Assembly: GCF_018350175.1 (NCBI RefSeq)
Contig: NC_058368.1
Location: forward strand, 176,762,001 to 176,826,000
Origin: Felis catus
Lineage: Eukaryota
DNA: 64,000 nucleotides
Direction of reading: 5' to 3'
Every line of letters begins with the position of its first letter. The stretch's first letter is position 1. The translations under genes were made by a program, and so were the position numbers. The notes beneath the pieces were generated by a model that did no database searches, was not told the origin of the DNA, and saw only the letters and a list, made by a program, of their open reading frames with translations. Shown piece by piece: positions 1 to 12,781 of the stretch.

Positions 1-271
1 GGTCTAGGAATTCCAAGATCAAGGTGCTGATTTGGAGTCTGGTAAGGGTCCACTTCTTAATTCATCAACAGCTGCCTTTTCACCGTGTCCTCGCATGGCA
101 GAAGGGGTGAAAGAACTCTCCAGAATATCTTTTATAAGGGCACTAATCGTCTTCATGAAAGCTCCACTATTGTGAACTAATCACCTCCTAGAGACCCCTA
201 CCTCCAGATTATATCAATTTGGGAATTAGATTTCAACGTGGATATGGGGACACAAACATTCAGTCTGTAGC
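1..271 (-). mobile_element. MaLR LTR remnant (MLT1A/B-like), truncated by the window edge
   Basis: Typical MLT1 motifs: tccaagatcaaggtgc, cttttataagggcactaatc, ggggacacaaacattcagtc..tagca. Confidence 0.65.
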
Positions 272-330
272 AGAAAGATATCTACTTAATGAAGACGAGT
301 GGATACAAACATTAAGAAAACATCAGTCCT

Positions 331-456
331 GGGGCGCCTGGGTGGCTCAGTCGGTTGAGCGTCCGACTCCTGATTTCAGCTCAGGTCATGATCTCACAGT
401 TCATGAGATGAAGCCCCGTGTCAGTCTCTGTGCTGACAGTGAGGAGTCTGCTTAGG

Positions 457-496
<40 letters not shown>

Positions 497-565
497 CCTC
501 CCTCGCTTGTGCATGCTTTCTCTTTCTCTCTGTCTCTCCAAATAAATAAACATTTAAAGAAAAGG
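331..565 (+). mobile_element. CAN-SINE (tRNA-derived)
   Basis: ggggcgcctgggtggctcagtcggtt head, (CT)n, AATAAA/A tail; TSD aaacatcagtc(c/t)t. Confidence 0.92.
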
Positions 566-1891
566 AAACATCAGTCTTATCTTCAAGTGGGGTCTTGCTT
601 CCAGAAAAAAACATGGCTCACGCACCCAGTAGATCTGAGCTTAAAGCCCAGCTTCACCACTTTTCTGTGCTAGGACCCCTGGGCAACTTGTCTGAACTTT
701 GCTTTTCTCACTTGAAAATGGGAAAAAATAACACACCGCAGGTTTCCTGGACGAATTGGATAGAGGAATGCGCATAGAATGTCTGCGGCTGTGCATAGCA
801 CCTGGTAGGTGCTCAGTAAAAGACACATTACAAGACACATGCACATCCCTTTACAAAGTAAGGAACAGACAGAAACAGGTGCAATTTATAGACACAAAGT
901 AGGAAGAGATGAAAGCAGTACTGAAGGGTCCAGGTCATGGAGGCCTTGAATGCCAATCTACAGCACATGAACACCTTGAGCAGCGGGGCGGGGGTCGGGG
1001 AGGGGGGGGCCCGAGGTCAGTGAAGGTTTCTGAGCAGCAGGGGGTGGCGGGGACAGTGCTTTCCTTCAGGAGGAAGATAATTATGGCAGCCAGGAAAAGG
1101 AAGAAGATAGAAGGAATCTGTGCTCTCCTCCTTCCAGCCGCTGAAATGTAACTTCACTCAAGCTCCTCCCCCACATCCAAGGCTCTGCCCTGCCGCCTGG
1201 GCACCTGGAACTTTGCTTTAAAGCCCACTTCCTTCCCAGCCCGTAATCCGTTCCACAGGACCACGTGTGCCTGGCCACTGAGCACTTGTAGGCTTAGCTA
1301 AGAGCATCTTGCTGTGCCAGTCTTGGAGGGAAAGAACCTCTTTTCCAGTCCCCCGCCTCTGTTCTGGAAAGAGAGAGGTCTGATTCCATCTCAGACAGTT
1401 GATGGACAGAGGAAGGAAAGGAGTAGAGCCTCAGTTCCCTGGGCCTAGCCGTCTGTCTTGGGGACTTGGGATTTGGGAGAAGTGAAGCCTGACAGTCAGG
1501 CAGACATCAAAAATCACCAAATGACCAGAGGCCTCATTCAGCCTGATGGGCTCAATGCCCCTCGAATGTATAGCCCTCCTCTCAAGTAAACCTGCCATAT
1601 GGAATTCTGCGGTCCTTTGGCTTCAGCATTGATTTTCTACGGTCTACAGCTCTTGAGCTTGCAAAATGCACTTCTAGAACAGAAATTTAGAAGAATGAAG
1701 TCAGCTAAGGCAACAAATTTACCTTTTTCTCTGCCCTGTTCTCCTCACATCCCAATCAGGAAAAACGCCAGTGTTCCCAGGAGTGTGGACACGGTGAAGC
1801 TTGGTGTGAAGAGGTCTCTGGGGAACAGGTAAGGACAAAAGCCAGCCCAACCCTGGAGAGGAGTTAGGTTAGCATTAAGGAGATGGAGATA

Positions 1892-2200
1892 GATTCATTC
1901 ATCCCACAGGCATTTCCTCAGGGGCCTCTCTGTGCTAGTTTGTGCCAGATGCTGGGGGATCTGAGACAAATGGGACCCATTTCAGCTCCTTGGGGGCTCA
2001 GAGTCTGGCAAAGGAATTAGATCTATAAGAAGGAAATAATGGCTATGACAAGGGACAGTGATAGCTGCGGGGGATGGGTGTTGGGGAAACAATTACATAT
2101 CTGGGATGCAGGGCTTCCTGGAGGAAGTGACATCCCACCTGGGCTTTAAAGGCTGAATAAGAAATCACTGACAGACAGGGTGGGGAAATGAATCGCTTAC
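1892..2200 (-). mobile_element. L2 3' end remnant
   Basis: attcattcat...tgtgccagatgctgggga pattern typical of reverse-oriented L2 3' end. Confidence 0.5.
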
Positions 2201-2352
2201 CCTTAGGTATGCAGGTAGGAAAAACCAAAAATATATTTCCTTCTGGAGATCACAAGTCATTTCTATTTGGGGGAACAGGGAGGCAGCTGGTGGGAGAGGA
2301 GGCTGGACACAAAATCAGGGGCTAAAAAGAGAGTCAAGACTAGGAAAGAGCA

Positions 2353-2536
2353 GGGGCACCTGGGTGGCTCAGTTGGTTAAGCATCTGACTTCGGCTCAGG
2401 TCATGGTCTTGTGGTCTGTGAGTTCGAGCCCTGTGCCAGGCTCTGTGCTGACAGCTCAGAACCTGGAGCCTGCTTAGGATTCCATGTCTCCCTCTCTCTG
2501 TTCCTTCCCTATACACATTTAAAAAATTTTTCAAAA
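2353..2536 (+). mobile_element. CAN-SINE (first of a tandem pair)
   Basis: ggggcacctgggtggctcag head; shortened CT/A tail. Confidence 0.88.
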
Positions 2537-2757
2537 GGGGGCACCTGGGTGGCTTAGTCAGTTGAGCATCCGACTTCGGCTCAGGTCATGATCTTGAGGT
2601 TCACGAGTTCGAGCCTCGCATCTGGCTCTCTGCTGACAGCTCAAACCTGGAGTCTGCTTCGGATTCTATGTCTCCCTCTCTCTCTGCCGCTCCCCCACTC
2701 ACACCCTGTCTCTCTCTCTCTCTCAAAAATAAATAAACATTAAAATTAAAAAAAAAA
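2537..2757 (+). mobile_element. CAN-SINE (second of a tandem pair)
   Basis: Full head, CT tract and A tail; outer TSD aagactaggaaagag flanks the pair. Confidence 0.9.
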
Positions 2758-2813
2758 AAGACTAGGAAAGAGTAGATGTAATTCATGGCAGTTGGGATTA
2801 AAATTAGGTTTGA

Positions 2814-3030
2814 GGGGCGCCTGGGTGGCGCAGTCGGTTAAGCGTCCGACTTCAGCCAGGTCACGATCTTGCGGTCCGTGAGTTCGAGCCCCGCGTCAGG
2901 CTCTGGGCTGATGGCTCGGAGCCTGGAGCCTGTTTCCGGTTCTGTGTCTCCCTCTCTCTGCCCCTCCCCTGTTCATGCTCTGTCTCTCTCTGTCCCAAAA
3001 ATAAATTAAAAATGTTGAAAAAAAAATTTT
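2814..3030 (+). mobile_element. Young feline CAN-SINE (SINEC_Fc-like)
   Basis: CpG-intact gtggcgcagtcggttaagcgtccgacttcagccaggtcacgatc; perfect TSD aaattaggtttga. Confidence 0.93.
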
Positions 3031-3250
3031 AAATTAGGTTTGAGATTTGGATGCACTTAAAGGGAGATATTTAGCTATCTCAGATCAGCTAATAGCAAAA
3101 TAACAAAAATACATGTACTTGACATGCATTATCTCATTTAGACTACAGAACAAGCCAATGAGGTCAGTGGCTATTCTTATCCCATCTTATAGATCAGGAG
3201 ATAGAGTACAGAGAGGTGGCGTGCCTTGCCAAGGTCACACACTAGGTAAA

Positions 3251-3690
3251 TGGTGGTTGCCAGGGACTGGGCAAGGAGGAATGGAGAGTTATTGCTTAAA
3301 GGGTACAGAGTTTCAATTTGGGAAGATCAAAAAAGTCCTAGAGATGGTTGTTGGTGACGGTTGCACAATTATGTGAATGTACTTAATGTCACAGAACTGT
3401 ATGCTTACCAAGGGTTAAAATGGTAAATTTTAGGGGTGCCTGGATGGCTCAGTCGGTTAAGCGGCCGACTTCGGCTCAGGTCATGATCTCGCGGTCCGTG
3501 AGTTCGAGCCCCGCGTCGGGCTCTGTGCTGACCGCTCAGAGCCTGGAGCCTGTTTCAGATTCTGTGCCTCCCTCTCTCTGACCCTCCCCTGTTCATGCTC
3601 TGTCTCTCTCTGTCTCAAAAATAAATAAGTGTTAAAAAAATTTTTTTTAATGGTAAATTTTATATTGTGTATATTTCACTACAATAAAAA
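3251..3690 (+). mobile_element. Old L1 (L1M) 3' end fragment interrupted by a SINE
   Basis: ggtggttgccaggg...gggtacagagtttc...tgcacaattatgtgaatgtacttaatg...cactacaataaaaa. Confidence 0.75.
3433..3648 (+). mobile_element. CAN-SINE
   Basis: Canonical body; TSD aatggtaaatttta. Confidence 0.92.
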
Positions 3691-5662
3691 AGAAGAAAAT
3701 GGAAGACAAAGGAAGGGTACGGAAAGATACAGGTATTGCCTCTTCTGCTACGGGCAGGTGAGAAGAAAGTTTGTCTTTGCAGGCCATTCCTGCCACCACA
3801 GAAGAGGTGAGCACAGGCGGGCTGAGGACCCAACTTTCCCACTCAGCACACAATTAGGGCCAGGTCTCATCGCCTTTCTGGGAAAACCGAGGAAGCTGGC
3901 TGATTCACAGATTTCCTCTAGCGTCTGCGTTCTGTGGTTCTGCCTTATTAGGAAGGCCGGGCTTATTCACAGGATGAGGTAAAAGGAACAGAAAAGCCAG
4001 GCCTTCGACATACTGGACATTTCCAAGTAATCCGACTTGCAACTGTGCTTCAGAAGAATGTGCCTTACAGAAATGATATCAGTGAGGGTCCTGGCATGAA
4101 ACAGATGCCACCCTCAAACAGGGCCACCAGGGGAAGTTTACTGAAAAGTCCCCTTGCAAAGGTGTGGCAGGACTTGGGGAACCAAAAGGGGACAGGACTG
4201 TTAACATGTTTAGTGGAAAAAGTGGCCCCAGGAACCCTCAGGGAAAAGGTATGTGGAAGGCGACCTTGGAGGCACAACCCTGCAGGACAAAAGAGAACTC
4301 AGGAAATTAATACCTAGACCTCTCTCTTCTTCTGCCCTCAAACTGCTGCCAGAGCTTCCCATTGGCCAAGCCCAAGAGGAAGCTGAGGACAGGGAACCTG
4401 TCCCTGAAATCCTAACAGGCCATCCTCTAGGGCCAGGGCAGGGTGGCAAAACCTGGCAAGGAAGTTGGAGGGGCAAATGGAGGGGTGAATCCAAAATGAA
4501 TCAGCACCAAACCATCCAGGAACCTGGCCAGGGCTGCCGAGAAGCATCCTCCCCAGGATGACCCTCACCGTCTTTCAAAGGCTGACCTCAGATCTAGGGT
4601 GGGAAGGAGCCCTGGGCTCTTTCAGGCCCGGAGGGGAGTTACACAGTTTGTTGGAAAGAGCCCCCGCTTACTAGTGTGACAGCATTGGCCAGGCTCCCAT
4701 CCATGCATCGATGTGTACATTCATTCAGACATTTGTTCAGCCAACATCTGAATATGACTCTGAGCCAAGCCAGGGCTAGGAGGCACTGGATGAAGAAATG
4801 TGGAACAGCCCCAGCCACCCTTAGCTTGTGAAATATGCCTAGAGCCAGATAGTGATGGGTTCCTTCCACCGTTCCGTCAGTCCGCAGGCTGTTCTCAGTC
4901 ACCTCCTCTGTAATATGGGTCAACCATCTTTTCCTCCCGGAGTTGTCTTGAGGATTCAAAGGGAACATTTTGGAAAAGCAGAAAGAAGGTTCTGCATCTG
5001 GCATGGAAGAAGTGCCCCACATTTGGGACTCAATGGCCTCTGTTACCAAGCACCCAACTGCCCCTCACTCGCTGACCACCCTACGCTGTTCTGCCACTCT
5101 TGCAATTATATTGTACTTGTATTTGTCGCCATTTTACTCCCTGAATCTCCGAGGCTCGGGTCTGGGTTTAAAACTGCCAACTTTTATACCCTGGCCAGAC
5201 ATTGCCGACAGCTTCACGTGCATCTTCACGCGGGGAGCTCAGCCCTGGTTGGTAGGCAGTCGTACCAGGCCCATTTTACAGATGGAGAAACTGAACCTGG
5301 AGAGGAGAAGCAACTCGCCCAAGGCCACAGAATAGACAGCGGCAGAGTCGGAATTTGAGCCCGGGAGCCAGGCCCTCAGATCCGGCGCTGGACCGCGACT
5401 CCCGAGCGAGCGCGTGCGGGAATGAGCCAGTGAGTGACTGGACGGCGGGTGCCCGCCCGTCCCCTCCCCCGGCCGCCCGGGCAGGGCGCCGGGACAAAGG
5501 CGCGGCGGAGGCCGGACGTGGGCCAGCCGGGTCCGCGCGCCGGGGGCGGGAGCGGGGCCGGGCCCTTTAAGGGGGGCGGGGCGGTGGCGCGGGGGGCGGG
5601 CCGGGGGCGGGCCGGGGGCGGGCGGCGGCGGCCGGCCGGGCCCGAGGGCGCGCGGAGCGAAG

Positions 5663-5683
5663 GGCGGCGGCGGCGGCGGCGGC
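5663..5683 (+). repeat. (GGC)7 trinucleotide repeat in the presumptive 5' UTR
   Basis: Read directly: ggcggcggcggcggcggcggc. Confidence 0.9.
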
Positions 5684-5709
5684 TCGTGCTCGGCCCGGGC
5701 TCCGGATAG

Positions 5710-5943
<234 letters not shown>

Positions 5944-7292
5944 TGAAAACTTCCGAACCGTCTGCTCTCTCCCCACCCTCTCCTTCTTTCCCCTCCTCGG
6001 CCCTGCTGCTTCGAGCCCGGGTCTCTCCAGCTCCTCCCCCTCCCCCTCCTCTCTTTTGCCCGGTTCTCCTCCCCTCCTTCCCGTTCTCCCGCCTCGCCCC
6101 TCCGCCGCTCGTCTCCCCCTTAACTGTCTTCTCCTCGGCCCCCCACTCCGTCCTGCCCATCTGTGGAAAAGTCTGGCCCAGGCAGTGTAGGGGACAGAGA
6201 GACAGAAAGAGGGGGAGGGGGAAAGAGAGAGACACAGATAGAAGCTCCTGTTCTCGGGCCGCCCGCCCTGTGCCTCCTTGTCCAGAGGCACTCAGACCCG
6301 CAGTGTCTTAGCCACAGGTAGCCCCTCTAGGGATCGCCAAGTTTGGCTCCGTCCCTTTGGAGCACCCAGCCAGCCTGAGCGATCTCTGAGAATGGATCCT
6401 TTGAGTGCCTGCACCGTGAAAAGGTTTAAAAAAAAAAAAAGTCTCTGCCCTTTTTCTCCAGTAACTTCTGTTAAAAAATGTGCGAAAGTTTTCTCCTGGT
6501 ACCTCCCTCTGTAAAATGAGAATCTTGTTTAGAGCTAGTGAGGACTTGAGAAAATGGGCCAGTAACCTCATTGTGCAGATGGGAAGGCTGAGGCTCCAAG
6601 AAGCTGCAGGTTCTAGAACATGGAGCTGCATTCAGGCCTTCCCTGCCTCTGGAAGGTGTGCCAGGGCAGGCGGTGACCCCCACATGGGAAACGGATTCTG
6701 CAGCAATCTAGGAGCTGAATCTGGGTTCAGGGGCCATGGGATCACCTCAGAGGTTTTGGGTGGAGGTATAATGGGTCTGTGGGATGTTGGGCCCAGGTGA
6801 GGCCTTGGGGAAGCCTCCCTTACTGGAGGGAAGGGGCTCTGGTGTCTCTGGTGGTGAGAAGGGGGCAGTGGCAGCGCCTAGCTGCAGAGAAGTTAACCAG
6901 GAAGGAAAAAAGCAAGAGGGAGGGAAAAAATCCTAACAAAGAAGTGTAGAACAATGAATAGCAAAGGGCGTTGGCTGGCTAAATTCAGCTCCTTGGCCTC
7001 CCTGCAAGTCTTCTCTGGATCTATTTTCTTAAGAGGCTCATTCTTACAGAGCAGATCTATATGCCCTCCGTGAATAGCTTATAAAATCCTGAAAGGAGAT
7101 AGCCGGAATCCACTCTGCACTCTCCACGAGAAAGGGTGTGCTGTGTGAGTCCGTATTGTTATTGGCTGGGCAGCCAGTTATTCAGCCCTTAGCCAGGCTG
7201 TGGGAAGCAATTTCCTGGACCTGTGGCATCCTTAAATAGAGTGAAGTTTCCCTTGATTCCAGAGCTGAGCTAAATTGTCTTTTTTTTCTTCT

Positions 7293-7328
<36 letters not shown>

Positions 7329-8614
7329 TCAACTGTTTCAAATACTGCCAAATCGTGGTTTCTTGTTTGAGCTTGTTGAGTGTGTAACTGAGTTGCCTTT
7401 TTGGTATGAAGACAGTTTTCACCAACATGGCAACAAGAGGAAGTCTAAAATTCTCCACGCTGCCTCCCACCCAATCTGTGAGCTGGCAAAACCAGAATAG
7501 ATACAGTCACCACGAAGTGGGCATCATCATCCACTAACTCTCTCCTCTCCGCTCCCGGGGCACACCACATGAGGCAGAGGTTCTTGAGCCCATTTGACGG
7601 ATGAGGAAACTAAGGCTCAGAAAGGTGAGGTCTTCTGCCTGAGGTCACAGTCACAGGCAGAGCAAGGATGTCAATCCACGTCTGTTGGACATCAAAAGGT
7701 GGTGTTTCACCTGACCACTACAGCACTTTCTAGATCCCATGCCTTCATAGTTTCCTGAAGCAAAGTCCCCTTAAGAACCAAGAAGTCTGCCATCATTTGT
7801 GATCATCCTGCGGCTTTTCATTCCCTGCTTAGTCGGATCCATATCCGCCAGCTGTTTGAAGGTTCGGCCGCTTTAGGGGGCATCTTGCTTGCTTTTCCAT
7901 CCCTTTTTTCGGGGTCCTTTGAGACAAGTTACAATATGGATTTGGGTTCACATTGTGGCCTCAACTTGATAGCTGTGTGGCTTCTGAGCCTCAGTTTTCT
8001 CATCTGTACCTGGGGGGTGATGGTGCCCACTTCCTCGGGGGAGGGACCACGTGACACCAGGGCTGGCTTGCCATCACTGTTAGAAGCCTGCCTCCCTGCT
8101 CCATGGTGTCCATGTCACCCTGATTGGGAGTGTGCCGAGGTCACATGTGGAGGGATTTCACGAAAAACTTGTTTTTCTGCATGTGGGTTTAGTCACTCTT
8201 GTGACTCAAGGGGGCCCCCTCCCTTGGATCCAGCCTTTTGGGTTCGTCAGATGACATGGGGCGATGGGTTGAACTGAAGCCTGAGTTATCTACAGGAACA
8301 GAGCAGATTTAATGCCATGATGGCAGGGGACCTGAACCCACCAGAAACTGCGAGTGCCTCCCCCCTCCTGTTCTCAAAACACATCCACCCCACCACTGTG
8401 GAAGAGTGTGGAGGCACCTATTGGCATAGGCCTAGACTCTCATCCCATTTGGTACCCTCCTCTCAGAACCTGGCCCAGCCATCCTGGAGGGAAAGCATGA
8501 GAAGGGAAGGTGGACAGTCCTGAGCTCTGCTGTGTGACCTTAGGCTGCTCAGTTTCTCTCTCTGAGCTCCAGCTTCTGTAATCTGCAAGCTGTAAATACT
8601 GCTGCTTCCCCCTA

Positions 8615-8790
8615 GGACCGAATTTCTCACCTCAACCCTGTTGCCACGTTGAGCCAGATCATTCTTGTTGCCAAGGGCTGTCCTGAGCACTGTAGAATGT
8701 TTAGAATCCTCTCTGGCTTCTATCCACTAGGTGCCAGTGGCATCCCCCTCCCAAATTGTGGCAACCAAAAATGTCCCAGGACATGTCTCC
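8615..8790. mobile_element. MER20-like hAT DNA transposon remnant
   Basis: gggctgtcctgagcactgtagaatgtttag...tatccactaggtgccagtggca...gtggcaaccaaaaatgtc. Confidence 0.6.
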
Positions 8791-9735
8791 CATGGTTCCC
8801 CCCCAGCCCCCTGCCCCAACCATTGTGTTAGAATATACGTATCAGTTATGGAGAGTTCCATTAGCCATGCCCCGTAATTTTCCACCCCCTCCTCCCCATT
8901 TGCAGCTACCTTGCCTACCACCTGTTCATCCCTCAGTTGCTTTGGAAGGAACAGGTCACAGGGACTGTAGATGTCATAGAGAAACTGCATCTGACCTCAG
9001 GGCTGGGCCCCCTGTTGCACCTGAAAGGGCAGATCTCCATGATCAGGGTGACATCCTGTCTCTGCCCAGCCCCAGCCTCCTTCGCTTGTGGGCACAGACA
9101 TCATCAGTGGGCCCAAGGGCAGAGCCACAGGTCAGGAGGTCTGGAGAATGCAGGGGCAGAAGCTCCCGGGGCCTCTGAGAGCCTAACAGTTGGAGAGGGG
9201 GTTTTGTTGGTGATAATATTGATAATAAGGATAGGATTATTTGGAGAGTCTCTCCCGGAGCCACCACCCTCTGTCAGAGGCAGGGAGAGATAAAGGCTTA
9301 GAGAGCTGCTCCATTTTTGTGCTGCCGCCTTTCCTGCCCCGGAACCCAGGGCTTTCTGAGTGAATGGAAAGGGGGCTTTCAAGCGCGATACCCTGGGAAG
9401 ACCCTTCCCGGCTAGGTTGTCTTCTTTCTGACTTGAGGGGAGGAGGAAGTGCTCCCTGTACGTTTTGCAGGTTTTATTTGGATCACCCCATTTCCTGCAC
9501 TGGAGCGGGATGTGTAGAAGCCTTGGGTTCAGAAGACAGTGCTGTCTGCAGGAGCTAGGAGATGCTGGCTTGCCTAATCGAGATCTTGAGATGTTAAGAG
9601 GAGCAAGACGGTAGTAGTCGTTACAACAGCAGTAATCACAACAGCTGAAATATGATCAGTCGCGGTGGGTCAGGCACTGGATTAAGCTCTCTATATAATT
9701 AGTCATCATAACAGTCCTTTGAAATAGGTACTCTT

Positions 9736-9844
9736 GGGGACGCCAGGATGTCTCCGTTGGTGGAGCATCCGACTCTTGATCTCAGGGTCATGAGTTCAAG
9801 CCCCACATTGGGCATGGAGCATATTTAAAAACTAATAATAATAC
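9736..9844 (+). mobile_element. Short tRNA-Lys-like SINE (SINEC_old-like), no CT tract
   Basis: gactcttgatctcagggtcatgagttcaagccccacattgggc closely follows tRNA-Lys(CTT); A-rich tail; TSD aataggtact. Confidence 0.75.
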
Positions 9845-10484
9845 AATAGGTACTTTTTCATTATATTAATCTACTGTTTCAAATATACCAATACAGAAAG
9901 TATCTATCCACCATCCAGCTCTGTCAGAACTTCATATCTTGCCATATTTCAGATCATTAATTTTGTTTGCTGAGAAATAAAACATGGCAGATGCAAAGCC
10001 CCTTGTGTACCCTCCCCAGCTCACGCCAACCCCCTCCCCCACCCAAGTGAACCAGTGTCCTGCATTTGGTGTTTGATGTTTGTCATTCCCATTCGCTTTA
10101 AAAAAAAATAGAACATTCGGTCTGTTAGATAGGATTTTCTTTCCCTAGCAGCTTTATTGAGGTATAATTTACATGCCATAAAATTCACTCATTTTAAGCG
10201 TATGTTTGCTGATTATTTTAGTGAATTTACAGAGCTGTGAGACCACCACTACAATCCAGTTTTTTAACATTTGCATCAACCCCAAAAAGATCCCTTGGAC
10301 TGGTCTGCAGTCAGTCCCCTTCCCACCCCAGCCCTTATGCCCCCTTTAACGTTTTTACCTTTCTAACTGCCCCAAGTCTTGCATTGAGTGTTTTAAAACT
10401 ACGTAAAAACATCGCCCTTTCAAGATCTATGCTGACGCACGTGGCCCCAGTTTCATTTTAACTACTATTTAATATTCCGCTTGA

Positions 10485-10686
10485 GAGGCGCCTGGTGGCT
10501 CAGCCGGTTAAGCGTCCGACTTTGGCTCAGGTCATGATCTCGTGGTTTGTGGGTTCGAGCCCTGCGTCGGGCTCTGTGCTGACAGCTGAGAGCCTGGAGC
10601 CCGCTTCTGATTCTGCCGCTCCCCCTCTCGTGCTCTGTCTCTCTCTGCCTCTCAAAAATAAATAAATGTACTAAAAAAAATTTTTT
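10485..10686 (+). mobile_element. CAN-SINE within old antisense L1 sequence
   Basis: Canonical body; imperfect TSD tttaatattcc..ttga. Confidence 0.9.
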
Positions 10687-11952
10687 TAATATTCCATTTG
10701 AATATACCACTATTTATTCTAGCTCCTGGCGGGGTCTTTTAGGGTGTCCCCAGCAGTTCAGATCTGTGTGGCTGCTTCCTGCACGTGGTGGAATTGCTGG
10801 GTCAGGGGGTTTGTGCATGTTCAGCCTTTACATTTAGATGCCCCCAGAGCAGTGTCTGTGCATCCCTTTGCTGCGTGTCCTAGCTAACACCCCAAATTGT
10901 CAGCCTTTTTAGTTTTTGCCAAGCTGCTGGGTGCAGAATAGTGTCCGACGGTTGGTGTGTGTTTGGATTTTTCCCTGCTTGCTGGTAAGGTTGAGCATCT
11001 TTTCACACCTTTGTCGGCCATTTGAGTGTCCTCTTCTGTGAATTGCCTGTTTTATCTTTTGCTCCTTTCTCAGTATTTTGAGTTATTTGTCTTCTGTTAA
11101 TTGGTACGATTTATTTATACAGTCAAGATCCTAATCCTTCAGGTAGTTATTACATTAAGGGTTCCTATTCTCCCCTTGAGACTGGAAGGGAGGGCATGCA
11201 CCTAACTAAGGTCACACAGCGAGGAGTGGCAGCATGGGGATTGAGCCAGATACGTACGTGGTCTAGGAGAGGTGGCAACTGTGTGATCCCACCCCTAAGC
11301 CAAGTGATGTCGGGTGTGTCACCTGGCTTCTGGACCCCAGTTTCTCCACCCTGCCCTTCCCCCCATCTCACTGCTCCCTCAGCCTGGATTGATGCAGCTC
11401 AGGCGGCCGCCAGCCCTAAACATTCTCACCCCAGGAAGCTCTGGGTTGATTGTGCCCCTGGAGTGATGGGGTGGCAGACCCTGTGCCACCAGTCTTGAAA
11501 CCTTTCTCCCTTTGCCAGGCCCCTAGAGCCCAGGGGTCACTATTCGGAGCTGCTGATCACGCCCTTCTTAGGTATTACTGGCAATCTCAGCTCAGCCTGT
11601 AGGAAGCCTCTGGGTGGTGAGCTTGGTGGTCTGGAACAAATTGTGAGTCTGCATTAGCTGCATTCAGTTTCCAGCTACTAGTTACCTGGCACCCCCTTTT
11701 TTGCAGAAACATGCAGGACAGGGCAGCGAACTTGAGTGGAAAGAACTTGGGTGTGAGAGATGAACATGGCCTTGGCTGACTCCGCCCCCAGCCTTAGTTT
11801 CTGCATCTGTAGAATGAGTACAGTGTCGTCCCCCTAAGACTGTTGTGTGCTGTTTTTGATAATGTATGGACTCTATCTATACTCCATGCCTTCTGCCGGG
11901 AGAGGTAAATGCCAGTGACTAGCACATTTCTTTCATTATGAAAAGACCAAGG

Positions 11953-12142
11953 TTTTTTTTTTTTTTTTTTAATGTTTGTTTATATTGGGGGGCAGAGCAG
12001 GGAAGAGACAGAGGGAGACAGGGGATCCGAAGCAGGCTCTGTGCTGACAGCAGACAGCCTGATGTCGGGCTGGAGTTCACCAACCACGAGATGACCTAAG
12101 CCGGAGTCAGTCACTTAACCAACTGAGCCACCCAGGCACCCC
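11953..12142 (-). mobile_element. CAN-SINE (antisense)
   Basis: Poly-T ... ctgagccacccaggcacccc. Confidence 0.88.
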
Positions 12143-12596
12143 AAGAAGACCTAGCTTTGAGTCCTCTCCAAGCACTTCTGAGTTAGAAGAGCTCTCTGAG
12201 GGTATGTAAAAAGGGAGCCGGAGTGGTAATAGTCCTTACCTAAAGTGTGGGCAGTTATGAAGATTCACTCGTGTCACACAACATTCAGTCTGATGCATCA
12301 TGTATAAGAGGCGCTTAATCATAGTAGTCATGAAAAATAATATTGACAGTAATAATGGCCATGATCCAAATCTGTGCCTCTTTCCTACCTGCTGCTGTGA
12401 GGCCAGGCTACAGGTTCTCCATGCTCTTTCATTCAAGAGGCATTTCTAGGGTGCCAACCCCAGGCTGGACACCCTACGGCCACTGGCATAGGCCCTTGAG
12501 CAAGGCTGAGCCTTCCTATCTACTCTGTAGGTGGGTTCTTGTCGTGCGCCCTATGTGGGTCACAAAGAAGTAGACATTAAGACCCCTCAGGTCGGC

Positions 12597-12781
12597 TTTT
12601 TTTTTTGTTTTTAAATTAATTTATTTATTTTGAGAGAGAGAGAGAGAGAGAGAATCCCAATCAGGCTCTGCACTGTCAAACACAGAGCCCCACGCAGGGC
12701 TCAAACTCACGAACCGCAAGATCATGACCTGAGTACAAACCAAGAGTCGACACTGCACCGAGTGAGCCACCCAGGCACCCC
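12597..12781 (-). mobile_element. CAN-SINE (antisense)
   Basis: Poly-T, (GA)n, gagccacccaggcacccc; TSD aggt(c/a)ggcttt. Confidence 0.88.
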
